DNA of 62,922 nt, filler included, from Choristocarpus tenellus KU-1152 (lineage: Eukaryota; Protista; Phaeophyceae), in assembly GCA_964200185.2 (NCBI GenBank). It is 11 parts of 11 records of this genome, joined end to end, with 100 filler letters (N's around TTAATTAATTAA, not from the genome) between each part and the next. Parts side by side here need not be neighbours in the genome. Positions count along the whole stretch, not along the records: positions 12,554 to 17,639 come from CAXNAD020011926.1; positions 17,740 to 24,270 come from CAXNAD020007925.1; positions 24,371 to 28,057 come from CAXNAD020018522.1; 8 more parts are not named here. One strand, written 5' to 3'. The position numbers were made by a program, and so were the translations under genes. Under the pieces are notes generated by a model, which was not told where the DNA came from, searched no databases, and saw only the letters and a program-made list of their open reading frames with translations. This document shows, piece by piece, positions 13,166 through 27,300 of this stretch (within the stretch, counting starts at the first letter, position 1; each line of letters starts with the position of its first letter).

Positions 13166-16100
13166 GCGGCTGTGGAGAAACGTGTCTTGGAAGGGACCCT
13201 TCCGGTTGTTATTGAGGAGGAGGAAGTGTCTGCAGAGGATGGGGTGCTTGCCTCTTCGGAGCCTGAGACAACACCTCAGGTACACTATCACTCTCTATGT
13301 ATTATGTGCATATTGTGTACTATTGATACGCATATTGTGTTTGTGTGTATGTTTGTGTGTTGGTGGTGTAAGTGTCCTGTACTTTGAGAGGGTGAAGTTT
13401 ATTGTAGGAGAAATGTAGCCATTGTTAGATAGACTTGAGAACAGATCTCTGAGGTGAGAAGTAATGAGTTATACTATGCCACACTTCTGTAGTGGTGGAG
13501 GTTAAGTGGTCAATTTAGGTCTTGTAGGGTTTGTTATGAGGCCCCAAGGTTTATTTGCACAAAGGACTTGTGTGTGGAGGCAGTTGATGATATGGTAGGT
13601 CATTGTATAGGTAAGTTACCCAGGGAAGTTGAGGTTTTAAGTTCTATTTCTGTTAGTAGTAGATTGACACTCACAGAGTTGAAATTGTGTTTAATGGTTG
13701 AACATTTTTACTATCGATATACTACAGACTGTAGACTGTCTATGTTGCATGTTGAGATTGGGAAACTGTTTTTTGTTATTTATTTCATTCAAAAAAGTGA
13801 TCACTATCATATTTATTACTTCTGTAGTCATCGTCGTAAATAATAATAATAATGATATTGTTTTAGATCCCATTGGCTCAATGTGAAATGTGGACTTTTC
13901 TATTGCAGTGAAAAAGAAAGTTGCGTCAAATGAAATATACCAAAAGTTCAAGATGGGTGTTGATAGGTATTTGCAGTCTGCTCTTTCTAGTTTTTTGTGG
14001 TGAAGGAATAATGTGCTTGTAGTTTATGCCACAGGCATAACTGTTCTCCTTTTTGTTATCAACTTTGATCCTTGAATATTGTATCTGAGTTGGATCATAC
14101 CATACCAGAAAAATGGGTGGGTTAACCCTCTGTGTTGATGTTGTGAGAGGAAGGAATGGGTTTGGAGTGATGAGGTGAATGGGGTGGCTAAGTTGAAGTC
14201 AATTGAACTGTGGACGATGATGTTTTTTTGAGATCAGGTTATGTAAGTGAGTCATGTAGTATGTGGTGAAGGTGTCTCATTGCTGGTCCCGCATGTTGAA
14301 CATTTTGTTGGGGTTATGGGCCACAAGTTATGGTGGTTGGTCATTCGCCAGCAACAGAAAAAAGCATCACTTGAATGTTTTTTTATTCCATGTATAAGTA
14401 TAAAATATATTTAAATATTGACGTTCACTTGAGCTTTGCAGAGTTGTCAAAATGCAGTGTTACTCATATGTTTTATTAAATCTTGCTTCTATGTATGCTG
14501 ATCCTATAAAATGTAATAAACAACAGGAGCCTGTGGAAACATCAGCTGTGGAGACAGAGACATCGGCAGTAGCACCAGCTGCTTCGCATGTGACAGATAG
14601 GTCTCTTCCTGACACTGGTGTGGGCCCTGCTCCTCCTTCTGATGCTCAGACTGCTGTGGCAGGGTCTCCTGCCAAACCAGCTCCTGCAAAGGTAACTTTT
14701 AACTGAAGGATGATACCTTTTGTTTGTGGGGTGGGGATGGCAATGCGGGTTGTGTGTTTAATACCTTAGGGTTAGTGTGTGGAAATATGAGTTATATTCT
14801 GTGAGTGAAGGGAGAGGTGTATTTTATTATTAGCAGAGAGATGTTACTGGAAATTTGAGAGTACCTTCTCTACATGTTGTGAAGAATGTTGATGTACCTG
14901 CACCTATACTCACAGAGTTCCTATAGTGGTACTTGTGTAGAGCTATAGTGGTACTTGTATCGAGCTATAGTGGTACTTGTGTAGAGCTATAGTGGTACTT
15001 GTGTAGAGCTATAGTGGTGATGTTGGTGTGTCGGTTTTGGTTCTTGTGGTGTACCTGCTGTTGGAATGAAAAACACTGCTTCCTGGCATTGACTTATTGT
15101 GTACTCATACTCAATGTTGTCCTTGAACTGTAAGTACTACTGTGCATGGTATATATGCGTAGTATTTAGGTTTGCCCACGAACTTCAAATTGATGATTTA
15201 AATATTTTGTTACTACTTACCTTGGGAAAGGAACATAAATGGGGGGAGGGGGAAGGGACAGTATTGCATACACCAGATAGCTTATGTCATGACATGGTCC
15301 CCTCAACACTCAACACTCAACACAACCCTGTTTTACTTGTAAGGTGTATCATCAATACCATCAAAACAACTAACAACGTAAACCAAACCATCCCTTGTGC
15401 ACCTCACCCCTTGCTCAGGAACTTACCCCGGTGACAACCACACCTACTGTAGCTTCTTCAACTCCTGCACCAATTGCAACACCCCCCAACATTGATTTCC
15501 CGGCCCAGACACCGGCCCCTGTAGCCACCACAACCACTACCGGGGACGCGACTCCTGCTATGGCACCTGCCCCAACACCAGTGCCTCCAGCAGAGAGGAC
15601 TTATGCTTCCCTGGCCAAGTCATGGGCCACAGTGGCAGCAGGGGGCGATGGAGCAGCTACTGTGGCTGTGCCATCGCCAGTAGCTGTGACAGATGTTTGG
15701 GGTGCTCCAAGCCCCGCAGTTGCAGCTGAGCCTGTTGTAGCTTCAACGGGATTGGGGGCGGCTGGTGTGGCTGTGGGAGGAGGGGGAGGGGGAGGCGCTG
15801 CTGCTGTGTCGACTACATCACCTGTTGGGGCAGGTGCTGGATCAGGGCCTGTGGCACCCGGAGCTGCCTGGGGTTCGTCACCTGTGGAGGCGGTTAGTCC
15901 TGTTGTGACGACTGCTCCAGCTCAGGGGGAGGGGGGTGGTGGAATAAAGGGGTCGCGCAAGGTGACAAATGTTTATTAGAGAGTATTGGTGTACAATGTA
16001 CATACATGTGTCGGTATCTTAGAAGTGCTATTTTTAGATGTGGTAATGGAGGAGGAATGAAATGGTGTTGTGCATAGTGTGTAGCGGTGCTTGGGTTTGG

Positions 16101-17532
16101 GCTGAGTTAGCGTTAATGTGTTTGTGGTATTGATTGTATTGTAAGGGTTATAGTTTTAGTTCTGCATCCATTTTTATGTTTTTTGTCAAGTGCATTTAGT
16201 CTTGTGTGTATTTGTACTATTGATGCATTGGTATCTTGGAAGGTGTGCTTTTTTATGTATTTGTGTGGCTGCTCTTTCCCTTGTTTATTCATGAGTTCCA
16301 AAGATTGGATTGGGATTTCTGAAATTCACAAAGTGTTTGCTTCCCGCTGTTTTGCACTAGTATAGCACCCTGACAACATTGTTACAACACCTCCCCTCCC
16401 CCCCCGCTCTCACGTCCATGGTTTTGTTTATGCCATTGACTTTGTTTTGTTGACATCGTCTGTTGTCTACTGTATTACACCATACCAGTCCTCTCCAACC
16501 TTCTCATCAAAGGGTGGTAGTGCCAACATCCCTCACCATGCCTCTCCTGCTGTGGCTGCTTCTGCTGCTGCTGCCCATGCTGCGGCCCTTGCTGGTAATG
16601 GGGAGATAAAGCCTGCGACATCTCTATTTGTTCGCAAGGTAATGATGATATGATGATGGATTGGCTTAGGTGTTCGTTTGATATATTATTACTAGTGTAA
16701 CATCCCTGGGGCAGGGGCAGGGGTAGGGTGGGAGGTAAGGGGGTGGATTTTGTAGCAATGCTTCTCCTATGGTGAAGTGATGGATGCTATCTCGAAAGAC
16801 CTCTCTCTGATTTTTCAAATTTGTAGGCTACTTTGTACATGTCTTGGTGTTAGGGTTAGGGTTAGGGTTGATGAAAATATCAAGGGGTTATCTTCAAATT
16901 TGATTTACGTAGTGGTTTAGTTTGGTCTCAATCAAGTGGTGGGTATGTTACTCAATTATTATTATTATTAATAATAATAGTATGTGTGAGTTATGTTGAG
17001 GTTATGTGGTCAATCAATGGATGTGTCAGAGATTGGTGGGATGTGATTGGTCAGGAGGAGTGCGGCAATAAGTCATTACTTTGGAAAAATGAAACCATTA
17101 CAAATATGATTTCCACAATAGGGAGGTGTTTTTGATTGGCAACAGGAATGCAAATAGGGCTCCAAAATGTAGTGAGCCAATGATTTTTTTTGAGAAGTTT
17201 TATGTTGCCACTGACTAAATGTGGAGGGATTGGCAGGGTGGTATGATGATGCGAGATATATTGGTGAGGATATGAACTATGATGTGAACTATGATATGAA
17301 CTAGACACTACACTCTCTTTGTGGTTTGTGAGTCATAGGTCATTGGTCGTGAGTAATACAGACTGTACCACCAATTGAATCCCAACCCTCTTTTCCAGTG
17401 TAGATGTGAAACTCCCCAAATGCATCTTCTGCTACTTTTTTTTGTTGTGTGTGTATCTCAGATAGATATGAACATTGGCGAGAAGGATATGGTCACCCAC
17501 TTCAAGCAATTTGGTAATGTGACTGGCATCAG
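13166..17532 (+). CDS. G3BP/Rasputin-like RNA-binding protein, central low-complexity region plus start of RRM (exons 13166-13279, 14527-14691, 15419-15961, 16489-16638, 17462-17532); partial
   Basis: Five exons join in phase 0. Acidic then Pro/Ala/Thr-rich linker, TYASLAKSWATVA motif like G3BP-family (T/S)YAS/(T/S)WA motifs, RRM start SLFVRK|IDMNIGEKDMVTHFKQFGNVTGIR. The NTF2 domain is not in the contig, so G3BP is inferred. Confidence 0.75.
14921..15018. repeat. Intronic minisatellite, 22-bp unit (ctatagtggtacttgtgtagag), ~4.5 copies
   Basis: Direct reading. Confidence 0.9.
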
Positions 17533-18401
17533 GTATAATCCCTCCCCCCCCTCCCCTCCTCTCTCCATAGGCTTGGTATGATACAGTGATTACAAAGAAT
17601 AGATCATTCTGCAATTATGTATTTCCCGTATTTTTCTATNNNNNNNNNNNNNNNNNNNNNNNNNNNNNNNNNNNNNNNNNNNNTTAATTAATTAANNNNN
17701 NNNNNNNNNNNNNNNNNNNNNNNNNNNNNNNNNNNNNNNGGGTATGGAGTTTTTTTTGCGGGGGTTGACGTAGGGGTTTTGGTGGGGGGGTCCTATTTTT
17801 TTTCGTGAGAGGTTAGTGCCTGGTAGTACTTGCATCAGAACTCAGCTCATCATGTCCGATGGATGAGTTGTATTGTATTAAAGGAGTCGAAAGAGTTGCA
17901 TCCACAACAATACAACTCGCCTGTAGTATTTAGGTGAAGCTACATTCTTGATTCATTTATAAACTTTGCTGTGGACTGGGATTTGTGGTATCAGAAATGC
18001 ATTGAAGATAAGTGAAACCCTTTTTTTTTTAGTATTCTAAATGGATTTCTATCCCACTCCTTGTTAAATATTGTTTTGTCTATGTAACTGCCCACAGTGC
18101 ACGAGATCCCGATATCCTGGCTGGTTGACTTAACCTCTTGTCCTGCAGAGTAGTGAACGATAAATGAAATGGTCCTACTTCTCCCTACCTCCTCACCTCA
18201 CCTCTCCTGTCTTACCTACCTCCTCACCACTCCTCTCCTGTCTTGCCTACTATACCTCTATCAATCTTTCCCCTCAACCCCATTGAAATGTGATGCAAAC
18301 CAGTCCCCCCTTGAAAGGACTTGAACCATTGTCTTTTGTTTCCACCTCTTTTTCTTTTTCTTTTTCTTTTTCTTTTGGTGCTCTGTGTTCTATGTATGCA
18401 G

Positions 18402-19820
18402 CTGTACCTAAGAACATTGCACAAATTCGTAGGACAACAGAGACTCTTCAGGATCGTGTCGATGCTAATGAATCACTCTTTGTCCAGAAGGCCATCGCTA
18501 TCAAGGGGCTTAGGCTGGCTATGGAAGAGAAAGATTCAGAGATCCGCAGCCTCAAGAAGAAGGTCTGTGAGCGGAATATCGGGGAGAAGAGACTGGTAGT
18601 AAGGGAGGACTGAGGTGTAGAAGATGAAGAGGAGTGGATTAGAGGAGATTAAGTGAACGAAAAAATGCCAATGTGAACGATGCAAGAGACTAAACCCCAA
18701 ATAGTTGAGGCCAAATGCTTGGAACTTGGGCTTGTGACTAGCAAAATGGGGATTGATAACCCGTTGCAAAATGAGCCGGAGGTTAAGTTCAGTATCGTAA
18801 GTTATGCTGGGTTTGATTTAGATGTTTGATTTAGATGTTTCGTAGTCAATGTATCACTAGGTGTGTTAACAGTAATACTTGGTGTACAATCTATTAGCAC
18901 TCCGTTGATTCTGACAAGAAAGGGTTGGTTCTGAGTTAGTACATATGAGTGTGTGTCTACTTAGTGCTTATTTGATTAGAACTTGTCACAAGTCTCTGGA
19001 AATAGTGAACACCCAATCCACTTGGTTGGATTTACTCTGGATAAGATCAGTCAGGATGGTCTGGTCGTGTGCTATACAGGGGTTTGGCATTATTTCAAGG
19101 CTAACATACACGCACACACACAGTTGCACTCTATAGTGATGAGAAGTGAAAAAAGTCTGATTGTTGCTGATTGTTCTTTGTAGAAGAAGGTTGCTATTCA
19201 CAAGAGTATCACCATGAGTACAAAGTGCTGAAAGTTGAAAGTTGAAAGGGGGAAGATTTTACTTCACTTGTGGCCCAAAGTATCTGGGGGGGGGGTCTAC
19301 ACCAGAGTGTCCATTTGGGTCAAAATCAGGAAAAAGTGCATTTACATTATCTATCTGATGTATGCACAACCAAAACACCCAAAAATCGCGACATGAAAAA
19401 ATTGACCCCAGATACTTTGAGCCTTATGCTGACATTATTCATTACCTCCAGAAACTGTCATCATATCTTCTGTCATAGTTTCCTGCTAGGGCAAGTAATT
19501 TCCTGGTTGGTGCAACCCACAAGTATTTATGTCTCCATTTGTACCATTTGTACATAAAGAAGAGTCTCTGCACCGTCCCCACTGCAAACTCACTCTTCTG
19601 AAGACTGTTGTGTACACCCACCTTGTAATTCTTGTGTATTGAACAGGTTCTGCAGCAGGATGCTGAGCTCAAGGGGATGAAGGCCAAGATGGTTGCCATT
19701 GAAGAGATCATCAAGCAGGCCGCTGAGGCCAGCCAGAAGGGTCGCAAGGGTGTGGAGCAACTTCTCAAGGACTTGATTGATAAGAACACATCTAGGGATG
19801 GAAATTGCCGTATCTCCTAA
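18402..19820 (+). CDS. C-terminal exons (18402-18562, 19647-19820) of a coiled-coil protein ending in CaaX (CRIS)
   Basis: Phase-0 join ...AMEEKDSEIRSLKKK|VLQQDAELKGMKAKMVAIEEIIKQ...DGNCRIS*; heptad-like pattern; canonical splice sites. Confidence 0.75.
19272..19423. mobile_element. MITE family B, internally shortened copy in intron
   Basis: Termini ggcccaaagtatctgggg...ccccagatactttgagcc; flanks TTGT/TTAT (4-bp TSD with 1 mismatch). Confidence 0.85.
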
Positions 19821-21873
19821 TGGGCAGAGGTCTTGTCAGGGCTCACGCCAGTTTGAGGGGAGGGGCTGCAGCATGTGTCCGCTCAGATATGCACCTTGTG
19901 AGGTTGATGGGTAATGCGATACTCCCCACTGCCAGCCTTCCCAATGTTGATTGAGAGGAGGGAGTTGAAGCATAGCTGCCAACAGCATTTCACACTCTCT
20001 GGCCTTCAGTCATCGAATTTTGATTGCATCTCATATCGCACACACACAAACATATATGTATGTATGAAAACTGGATTTATTGTATGTTGTAAATGAGAAT
20101 TGATGTTGTTACAGAAATTTCCACGTGACCGTTACCTGTTTCACTCCTCCCAAGAAAAGGTACAGGAGGTGGTAACTGCCTTGTAATGGATGTGTATCTG
20201 TGTTGATGATCTCGTTTTGCAATGAAAGGGGAGGTTGAGGACAACTCTAAAGACGCTGGATAGGGGGGCTCATGAGAGGTGGTGATGCCTGAGGTCCATA
20301 GGTCTGCGTTTTGTGATGTGATTTTATTCATGTTGAGAAGAAAAGTAGGAAGTAAAGATATATAGCCATTGAAGTCCATACCCATTTTATTTACTGCTGT
20401 TATGAGGAGAGTGTATCATGTAGGCAAGAGGGGGGGTGGTAAGGGTTAGTTGTGTCGGTTGAAACCGATCTCTCTACTTAGTTGGTGGTATGGTTAGCAT
20501 CTTTCTTCTCTGTGAGTTCTTGTTTGACAGGTGAAGTGACTGACTAATGTTTTAGTTCAGAGGGTACAGACTTGCTGAAAAGAAGTAGTGTGGCGTGGTG
20601 TTCATGTTTGGTATGGTCTGAATGATTTGTATTCCTCTCTACCTTACCACCATTTCCTCCCACTGCTGTGAAACTGAATCGTAGATGTATGTAGGGATTA
20701 CATGTGGTACAAGGTACAAGTGAAAGCGACAACTTCTTTTGTCAAATTTGTTTCTTAAGATTTTTTTAGTGTTCCGTTTTATTGCTTGGGTATAGGTTTA
20801 TAGAGGTTAGTTTGCAGTTGACAAGTGTTCTATATGAGGGTATGGTCGAAGTTCTTGGTGCCTACCTCTCTCTCTTGTGTAGCATATTCTTCATTTAGGA
20901 TGTTTTTTCCATCATCTCTCTCTGGTATGAAGATTTTTTGTTAGGGGTTATACTCCTTTATTTTTTTGTCCTTCTGGAGATGGTGTTTAAGGTTCAAGTC
21001 AGACTGCAGTTGGTGTTTCTTAGTCTCACATGGTTGTTGCTCTTCCAGAAGCAATGACTGATCCATCTCTACCAGGGGGAGATTATTTTAGATCACATCA
21101 TATCTTAGTATATGAACTAAAGTACATTCAAATCATAAACAGGAAACTTGCATAAAATAAAATATTTTTCTCTTTTTGTATTTCATGCTACAGGGCTATG
21201 ATGGTAGTAACAATCCTCTCACTGATGCCGTATAGAGTACATATTAGCAGACACCTCTTACGTTCCATATCCACTTCAAAAGCACAAATCATAAGCTTGA
21301 TTCAGTGGGGTCTTACAGCATCCTCAAATACTACACAGAACTTTTGAACAAACTGGGACAAACATGTTCAGGAGAAGGACTGCAGCATTGAGGACAGCGT
21401 AAGAGGGGCTGGGTTTAGTAATTATGTCTTGGAGATACTACTTACTTACCTTGGACCATGTTTGTGGTATGTTGTGAAGTGTAGCAGCAAATCATCCATA
21501 ATCCATAATCCATAATCCATACATATATAAGCAAAGTGCATTTCAAAAAACGATATGGGCTATATTTTGCCCTAGACGAGGAGGGTAATTCAACAACAAA
21601 GTGGTATGGTTGTTGACGTACACCATGGAAGTTGACATACGGTCAGTACAACCTGCAGAAACACAATTGGTGTGTGATGGTCTAAGTGAACGTTACACAT
21701 GAAAGTGAACCGAGATGGTAGAGTGTCAACACAATCTTTATTAAACGTTACACACACCCTACCTACTCCGAATTCACCACACCTTCACTGATCACGACCT
21801 ATACAAACACAATGAATGCCAAAAATGGTTTTGGAGCTAAAATTCACCAAAAGAGGTACAACAACAAAAATAG

Positions 21874-23556
21874 TTACCCCCCACTCAAATCCTCACCCCA
21901 CCCAGGACAGCAGAACATCTGTTCATAAATAATATCTGGAGTGGCCAATGTAGTGCCCCCCAGCACAACCTGGGGCAGGCTCCCCTCCACCCTGTTGCCC
22001 TTGTTCACAGCCCCGCCAGCAGCTGAGCATCGTAAAACTTGTGTGACTTCTTCCATCTCTGGGGGAGAGATACCCCCAAGGACAAATAGCACCACCACTG
22101 GGCGTTCTGTGGGCCTGGCGATGAAATTTGTATCATGGTCAACAAAGCCATGTTGGAATCAACAAAACCAGGGAGAAGTGGCAATGGGTGGTAAGGTTGG
22201 GTGGGAGATGTAAGGTCATAATGACTGGATCAGGATGGAGGATTCAGACTACTCTCAGTTGGAGATGTTTGGATAGATGTGGTGTGGAGTGTGTAGGTGG
22301 AAAAGGGCGTTGGTTGCGGAAAAAGTGAAGCAGTACTATTGTTTGATGTACCCCTGTCCTCAATAATACTTACTGCACACAACTGGGCATGTTTGGCAGG
22401 TATTTTGTACCAAGTGAATATAGTATACACTCCAAGTATGCGTCTAAATAAGGACCATCATAATGCCTCTCACCACAACCCACGTGCCAGGCACTCCAAA
22501 GAAAGGTGGAAGCAGAAAAGATACTTCAGACATCCTTCCTACTATCCATCATACCATCACTATGGGCAAACAACAACTTTGCAGCCTAGAGGCATTGCTC
22601 TCAACTACTGATCGTACAGGGTACTTTCTGTATTACGGCATTGCTTGCCTGCATCAACTTACATTACAGTCAGTTCGATTTGTGGTGACATCCACAGCAC
22701 ACTGTGCAATGCTCTAGCACCATTCCAATCTCTCTCGTCTACCTTCCTAATCCCCTAACTGACAAGTTATAAACCAAAAATCATTTCAACTTACTTTGTG
22801 CACTTCCAAGCCTTTGTTTTGACTGAAGAAACGAGGCCCACTTGCTTGAACAATCATGTGACATTCACTACAAACTTCATTTGGTTCCCAAGTCACGCCA
22901 GCAAAATGGTTACACGGACCTGAGAGAGACTGAAAACTAGGTCCATATGATGTAACTTCGGTGACTCATCCATACATCTGGTTTTCTGTTTGTTCATCTT
23001 TTTTGGTCCTTCCATGCTGCTTCCACCCATCCACATTGTTTTGTGTCCAACAACGCACTCTAGACCACATGCACAGAAGATGTTTTATTCACCAAGCAAT
23101 ACCACATATCGCAACTCATTGACCTTCACCAACCTAGCCTTTCACCTTCCATACCTACCTCCAGCCATCAATACTGTTGTTGCACCAATTGTACAATGCA
23201 TCTCTACTTAAGCACAAGGTGAATAGCGCCTCAAGGTAGGTAGGTGTATACATGCCTGAACTTGAGTCAGTTAGGTAAATACATTACAATGTGTGGAGTA
23301 CTGTCAGATGAGTAAATCATCTTGTGGACATTGCCTGAAGTGTACCATTAAAAAAAAAACCCTGCACAGATGAGTGAGTCACTCCGAACGTGTATACCAA
23401 GGTATGTATACATAGAACATGACCCCAATACTTCAAAGCTGTGTTAGTGTGTCCTCACCTCGCCCGTCTTGTCGAGGTTGCCCTGATGCCTGCAATCTTC
23501 TTCAAACCCGAGGACAGGAGTCCAAATCCCACAGAAGCTGCACTCATCACCTTGGC
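21874..23556 (-). CDS. Sec1-family domain protein, SCFD2/MIP3-like, last two exons (23556-23459, 22114-21874)
   Basis: Phase-2 join AKVMSAASVGFGLLSSGLKKIAGIRATSTRRAR|PTERPVVVLFVLGGISPPEMEEV...QVVLGGTTLATPDIIYEQMF, matching the SCFD2/MIP3 C-terminus (LFV.GG...E ... GGTTL.TP). Confidence 0.8.
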
Positions 23557-24370
23557 CTAGAATTGGGGATGAACACCCATGTTTCAGGAGTTCTTTTAGG
23601 AGCATCAAATTCTTGAAAAAAACACCTATGCATCTGCGCATAATTTTTCACAAGTTCAAAAGCAACTTCCTAGTCCTCCTCTCTCCTCTACCGCTATCCT
23701 CCAACAAAGAGGACGAAGCTTTGCCAAGATGTAAGAGGGCTGGCAGGTGTCCCTTGGGCCCAGTTTGCCCAACACATTACCCATCTCATAACTCTAGTCA
23801 GCCTTGCCATACAAGGTGTCTGTCACATCACCAAAAATCAAGCAACAAACACAAGCCAGCTCAAGCACCCAGGAATGACAGTTGGGTGCTGGTGAATGCG
23901 GCAGCAGGATCACACTATAAAAAAACAAAAAAAGTAATCCCCACGCCTTAGTGTTTACAGAAAATATTTACCGAGACATTACATACATATTTTTTTTTCC
24001 AGTCTGTGGAGAGTACTATGCAAGAGTGATCCTTGGCACCAAACCAATTCTCCCCTCTTGTCATGAGAGGGTGTTTCCAACGAACAGAATGCATGCATGA
24101 AACTAAGAGGAAACATTTCTGTCTCCTGGAGGAATACTCTCCCCCTACAAATGCATTCCCAAGGGATTGAGAACCTCACCTAGTAGTTGAATGGAATTAT
24201 CAAGGGGAAAACACTCAAGAGTCAAGTGGCAAAAAAGGTGGGATGGCACGACAATGGTCACGCCATCCCCNNNNNNNNNNNNNNNNNNNNNNNNNNNNNN
24301 NNNNNNNNNNNNNNTTAATTAATTAANNNNNNNNNNNNNNNNNNNNNNNNNNNNNNNNNNNNNNNNNNNN

Positions 24371-27300
24371 GAGGTGTAAGTAGGACGTGGGCTCGTGTCT
24401 GGTTTATACAGGTCCCAGAGGGCATGGAAGACATCTAACTGTAGTGGGGTGAAGCTATCCATAGCCTCTTTCTCGGTGATCTAATCAGACAATTCTCCAT
24501 TCTGATACTTCCCCCTGTACTCCCAGTGCCATACATTGGATGGTGACAGTACTGTTTTCCTGTCAGTGAGGGTGTACATAGGGGTTGCTACCACAGATTG
24601 TTCTGCTAGACCCAGGTCCGACTCCCACACTAGTTGAGCATATTCCTCTTGGAAGCTATGCCTCAGATGGATGGGTCTTACGTGGAAGGGTTTTACATAA
24701 GAAGCATGAACATTACGCGTGAGTGTTTGCCTGCCTAGCATTCCACTGTCATGCTACTACTCTTGTATGAAATTTCCTTCACCTTCCTCTGTCCTGTCCA
24801 CCTTTCATGAACTAGCTTCCTACCTACTCTTGTCTGCCCTTATGTTTCTCCAAAAATAGAGCTGTCCGCTTCTTTTACTAGAACTAGGTCACCTGGCTTG
24901 GATCCGAGTCCTGGAGAAGACCTAGCAATTAAAGTATTCGCTCTCTCTCTCCGTCTCTGCCTAGCGGACATCCTTCTCTCCAGGACTTCTCGTACCTCCC
25001 TGAAGTTCTGTCTTCGTTGCTCTATGAAGGAGTCCAATCCTCTAATATCTACGTCCCCATCCAACTTTGGTATGACGGCAACTAGCTGTGTGCGGGGGTC
25101 ACGACCAAAGAGGACTCGGAAGGGAGTGGGGTTGAAAGGGTCAGAGGGGTCTGGAGTAGTGCGATGTGCCCAACATGCCGGAGATACGTACTCATCCCAT
25201 CTATCTGGCCACTTCACACATAGTTCCCACAGGACTTCTAAAAGCAGACCTCCCATCTTTTCTACTCCCCCTTGTCCTCTTGAGTTACAAGTTGGTCCAT
25301 AATTGATAGGGACCTTCAACCAACGGCAAAGGCGATTCATTATGTCTCCTGTGAACTCCCCTCCTGCATCACTATGAATTGACAGAGGGATCCCAAATGT
25401 AAGACATAATTCCAACACGTTTGTTGCTACTCCAGTTGCTTCCTTCGACGCCATTGGGAATGCAAAGGGGAATCTCGAAGCTCTATCAATCACAATTAAC
25501 AGATACTTGTTGCCATTTGCTGAGATGTGTCCTACATCTTGTAGATCCATCTCGAGTACATCCCATGGTTCCAGGAACTTGGCTAGTAGCATCGCCACTT
25601 GTGCGCTTCTGCTCCTCTTTCGTCTGCGACAGCCACGGGATATAACACAATCCTGCGTGTCTTTGTGGAGTGAGGGCCAAAAGAAGTATCGACGGGTTAG
25701 GGCTACTGTGCGTCCAACTCCCTGATGGCTAGTCTGCAGGTGATCTAGTGATACGATATCTGACACTAGTGAACGAGGAAATGCCAGCCTAGGTGCTGAG
25801 TGAAAGTATCTTAGAGGGTACGAGTTTTCCCCTGTTTGTCCATTTGGGGCTTGGCTTCCCACGAGGTTTTTTATGACATTTTCCTACTCCAAAACGTTTC
25901 AAAATAGGTAAAATGTATACATTATGAAAAGTTATACCCAGAACATGGATATTGATACTTCCCAACAAACACAATGGCCAAAATTATATCAAAATCTCAA
26001 CATTGGATTTTGACCCCCAAATGGACGCGGCTCTAGCCTCTAAGATCCTTTGACTCTGCATACTCTCCAGGGGTGTACCAGAATAACTCCTTATCATCTA
26101 GGGAATATGACTCTACATCTATACTCCCTTTTCCCTATTCGAGTGTCGACTTCCAGTGTTCTTGGCCTTCGAGTACATCCCGTATGCTGCCCAAGAAGGG
26201 GTCTTTCTTCTGCCTCTTCACTCGCTCTGGCACGTCTGATAGAGTAGCCATCGCTCTCTTGAGAGTGGGATGGTATTGAACCACCTCACTTTCTCGGACT
26301 ATGCTGTCACTGCCCTTCTTGTTCTTTGGCCTTGGTGTACTTGTGCGCCTTTTCTTGCAAGGTGGCTTCTCTTCTCCTACTTTTCCTTTTACTTCTACCC
26401 TGTCTTTGACGGTAGGGTCTAAAGGTTGCCAACCAAAGGTGTTAGTGGTGTTGAGCGGGGGGAGGAGTTGCTATGGGGTGTGTGTCGGCCTACACAAGAT
26501 ATTTCATCTGGGGCCATCCAACCAGAGGGCGGGGGTATACACACTGGTGGACTTTGATCCTGGGAACTACTGAGTGGTAACCAGCCTCTAATGCCTAAAC
26601 CTCGATTATCAGGTCCCCTGTGACAGTCTTGCAGGGCTGACAGTATTCCGGAGAGTGTGGCATCAGCTGTTTCCTTAAGTAACATTTGTTCTACACCTAG
26701 GCTCGATTCATCATGTGAGGGAGGGGTATACTCTAGTTCTGAATTATCAACGCGCAGAGAGAGTAAGGGGACAGTGTGGGGTGACCTGGGCTTAGGTCTG
26801 ATGTACCTAAATCCTGCAAACATACACTATCTAAGACAGGTCCTCGTGGTCCAGCGTAGTTCTTGCTGCAAGCGACTGACGGATCGTCAGGAAAAGAATC
26901 GTCGATATCCAAACCTTGATCTGTGGGTGAGGAAAGTCGTGACAGTCCGTCTGGTAGTTGGTGCTTCGAACCAGCTCGCCACTTAAGTTCCATGTTATGG
27001 TCCATAAGACGGAGGGCCCACCTGTGGAGCTTGGGGCTAAGTTCACGACTCTTGAAGAGCCAAGTCAGTGCGGAGCAGTCAGTGACTAAGGTGAATCTCC
27101 TACCCCAAATGTAGGAGCGGAAGTGCTCTTCTGCCCACAATGTAGCCATGCATTCCCTTTCAGTAGGTGCTCTCCTACTGTCTGATTTAGACTATCTATG
27201 GCTAGCATAAGCTATCACATGCTCTTGGTCATCATCCTGTACCTGAGTCAGAGTTGCTCCAGCCCCTTCCTCACTAGCATCAGTATGGAGGAGGAACTTC

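Noticed and set aside
22794-22920. Extra SCFD2-like exon with gtaagt donor
   Set aside because: Phases are incompatible with the flanking exons, which already join in frame.
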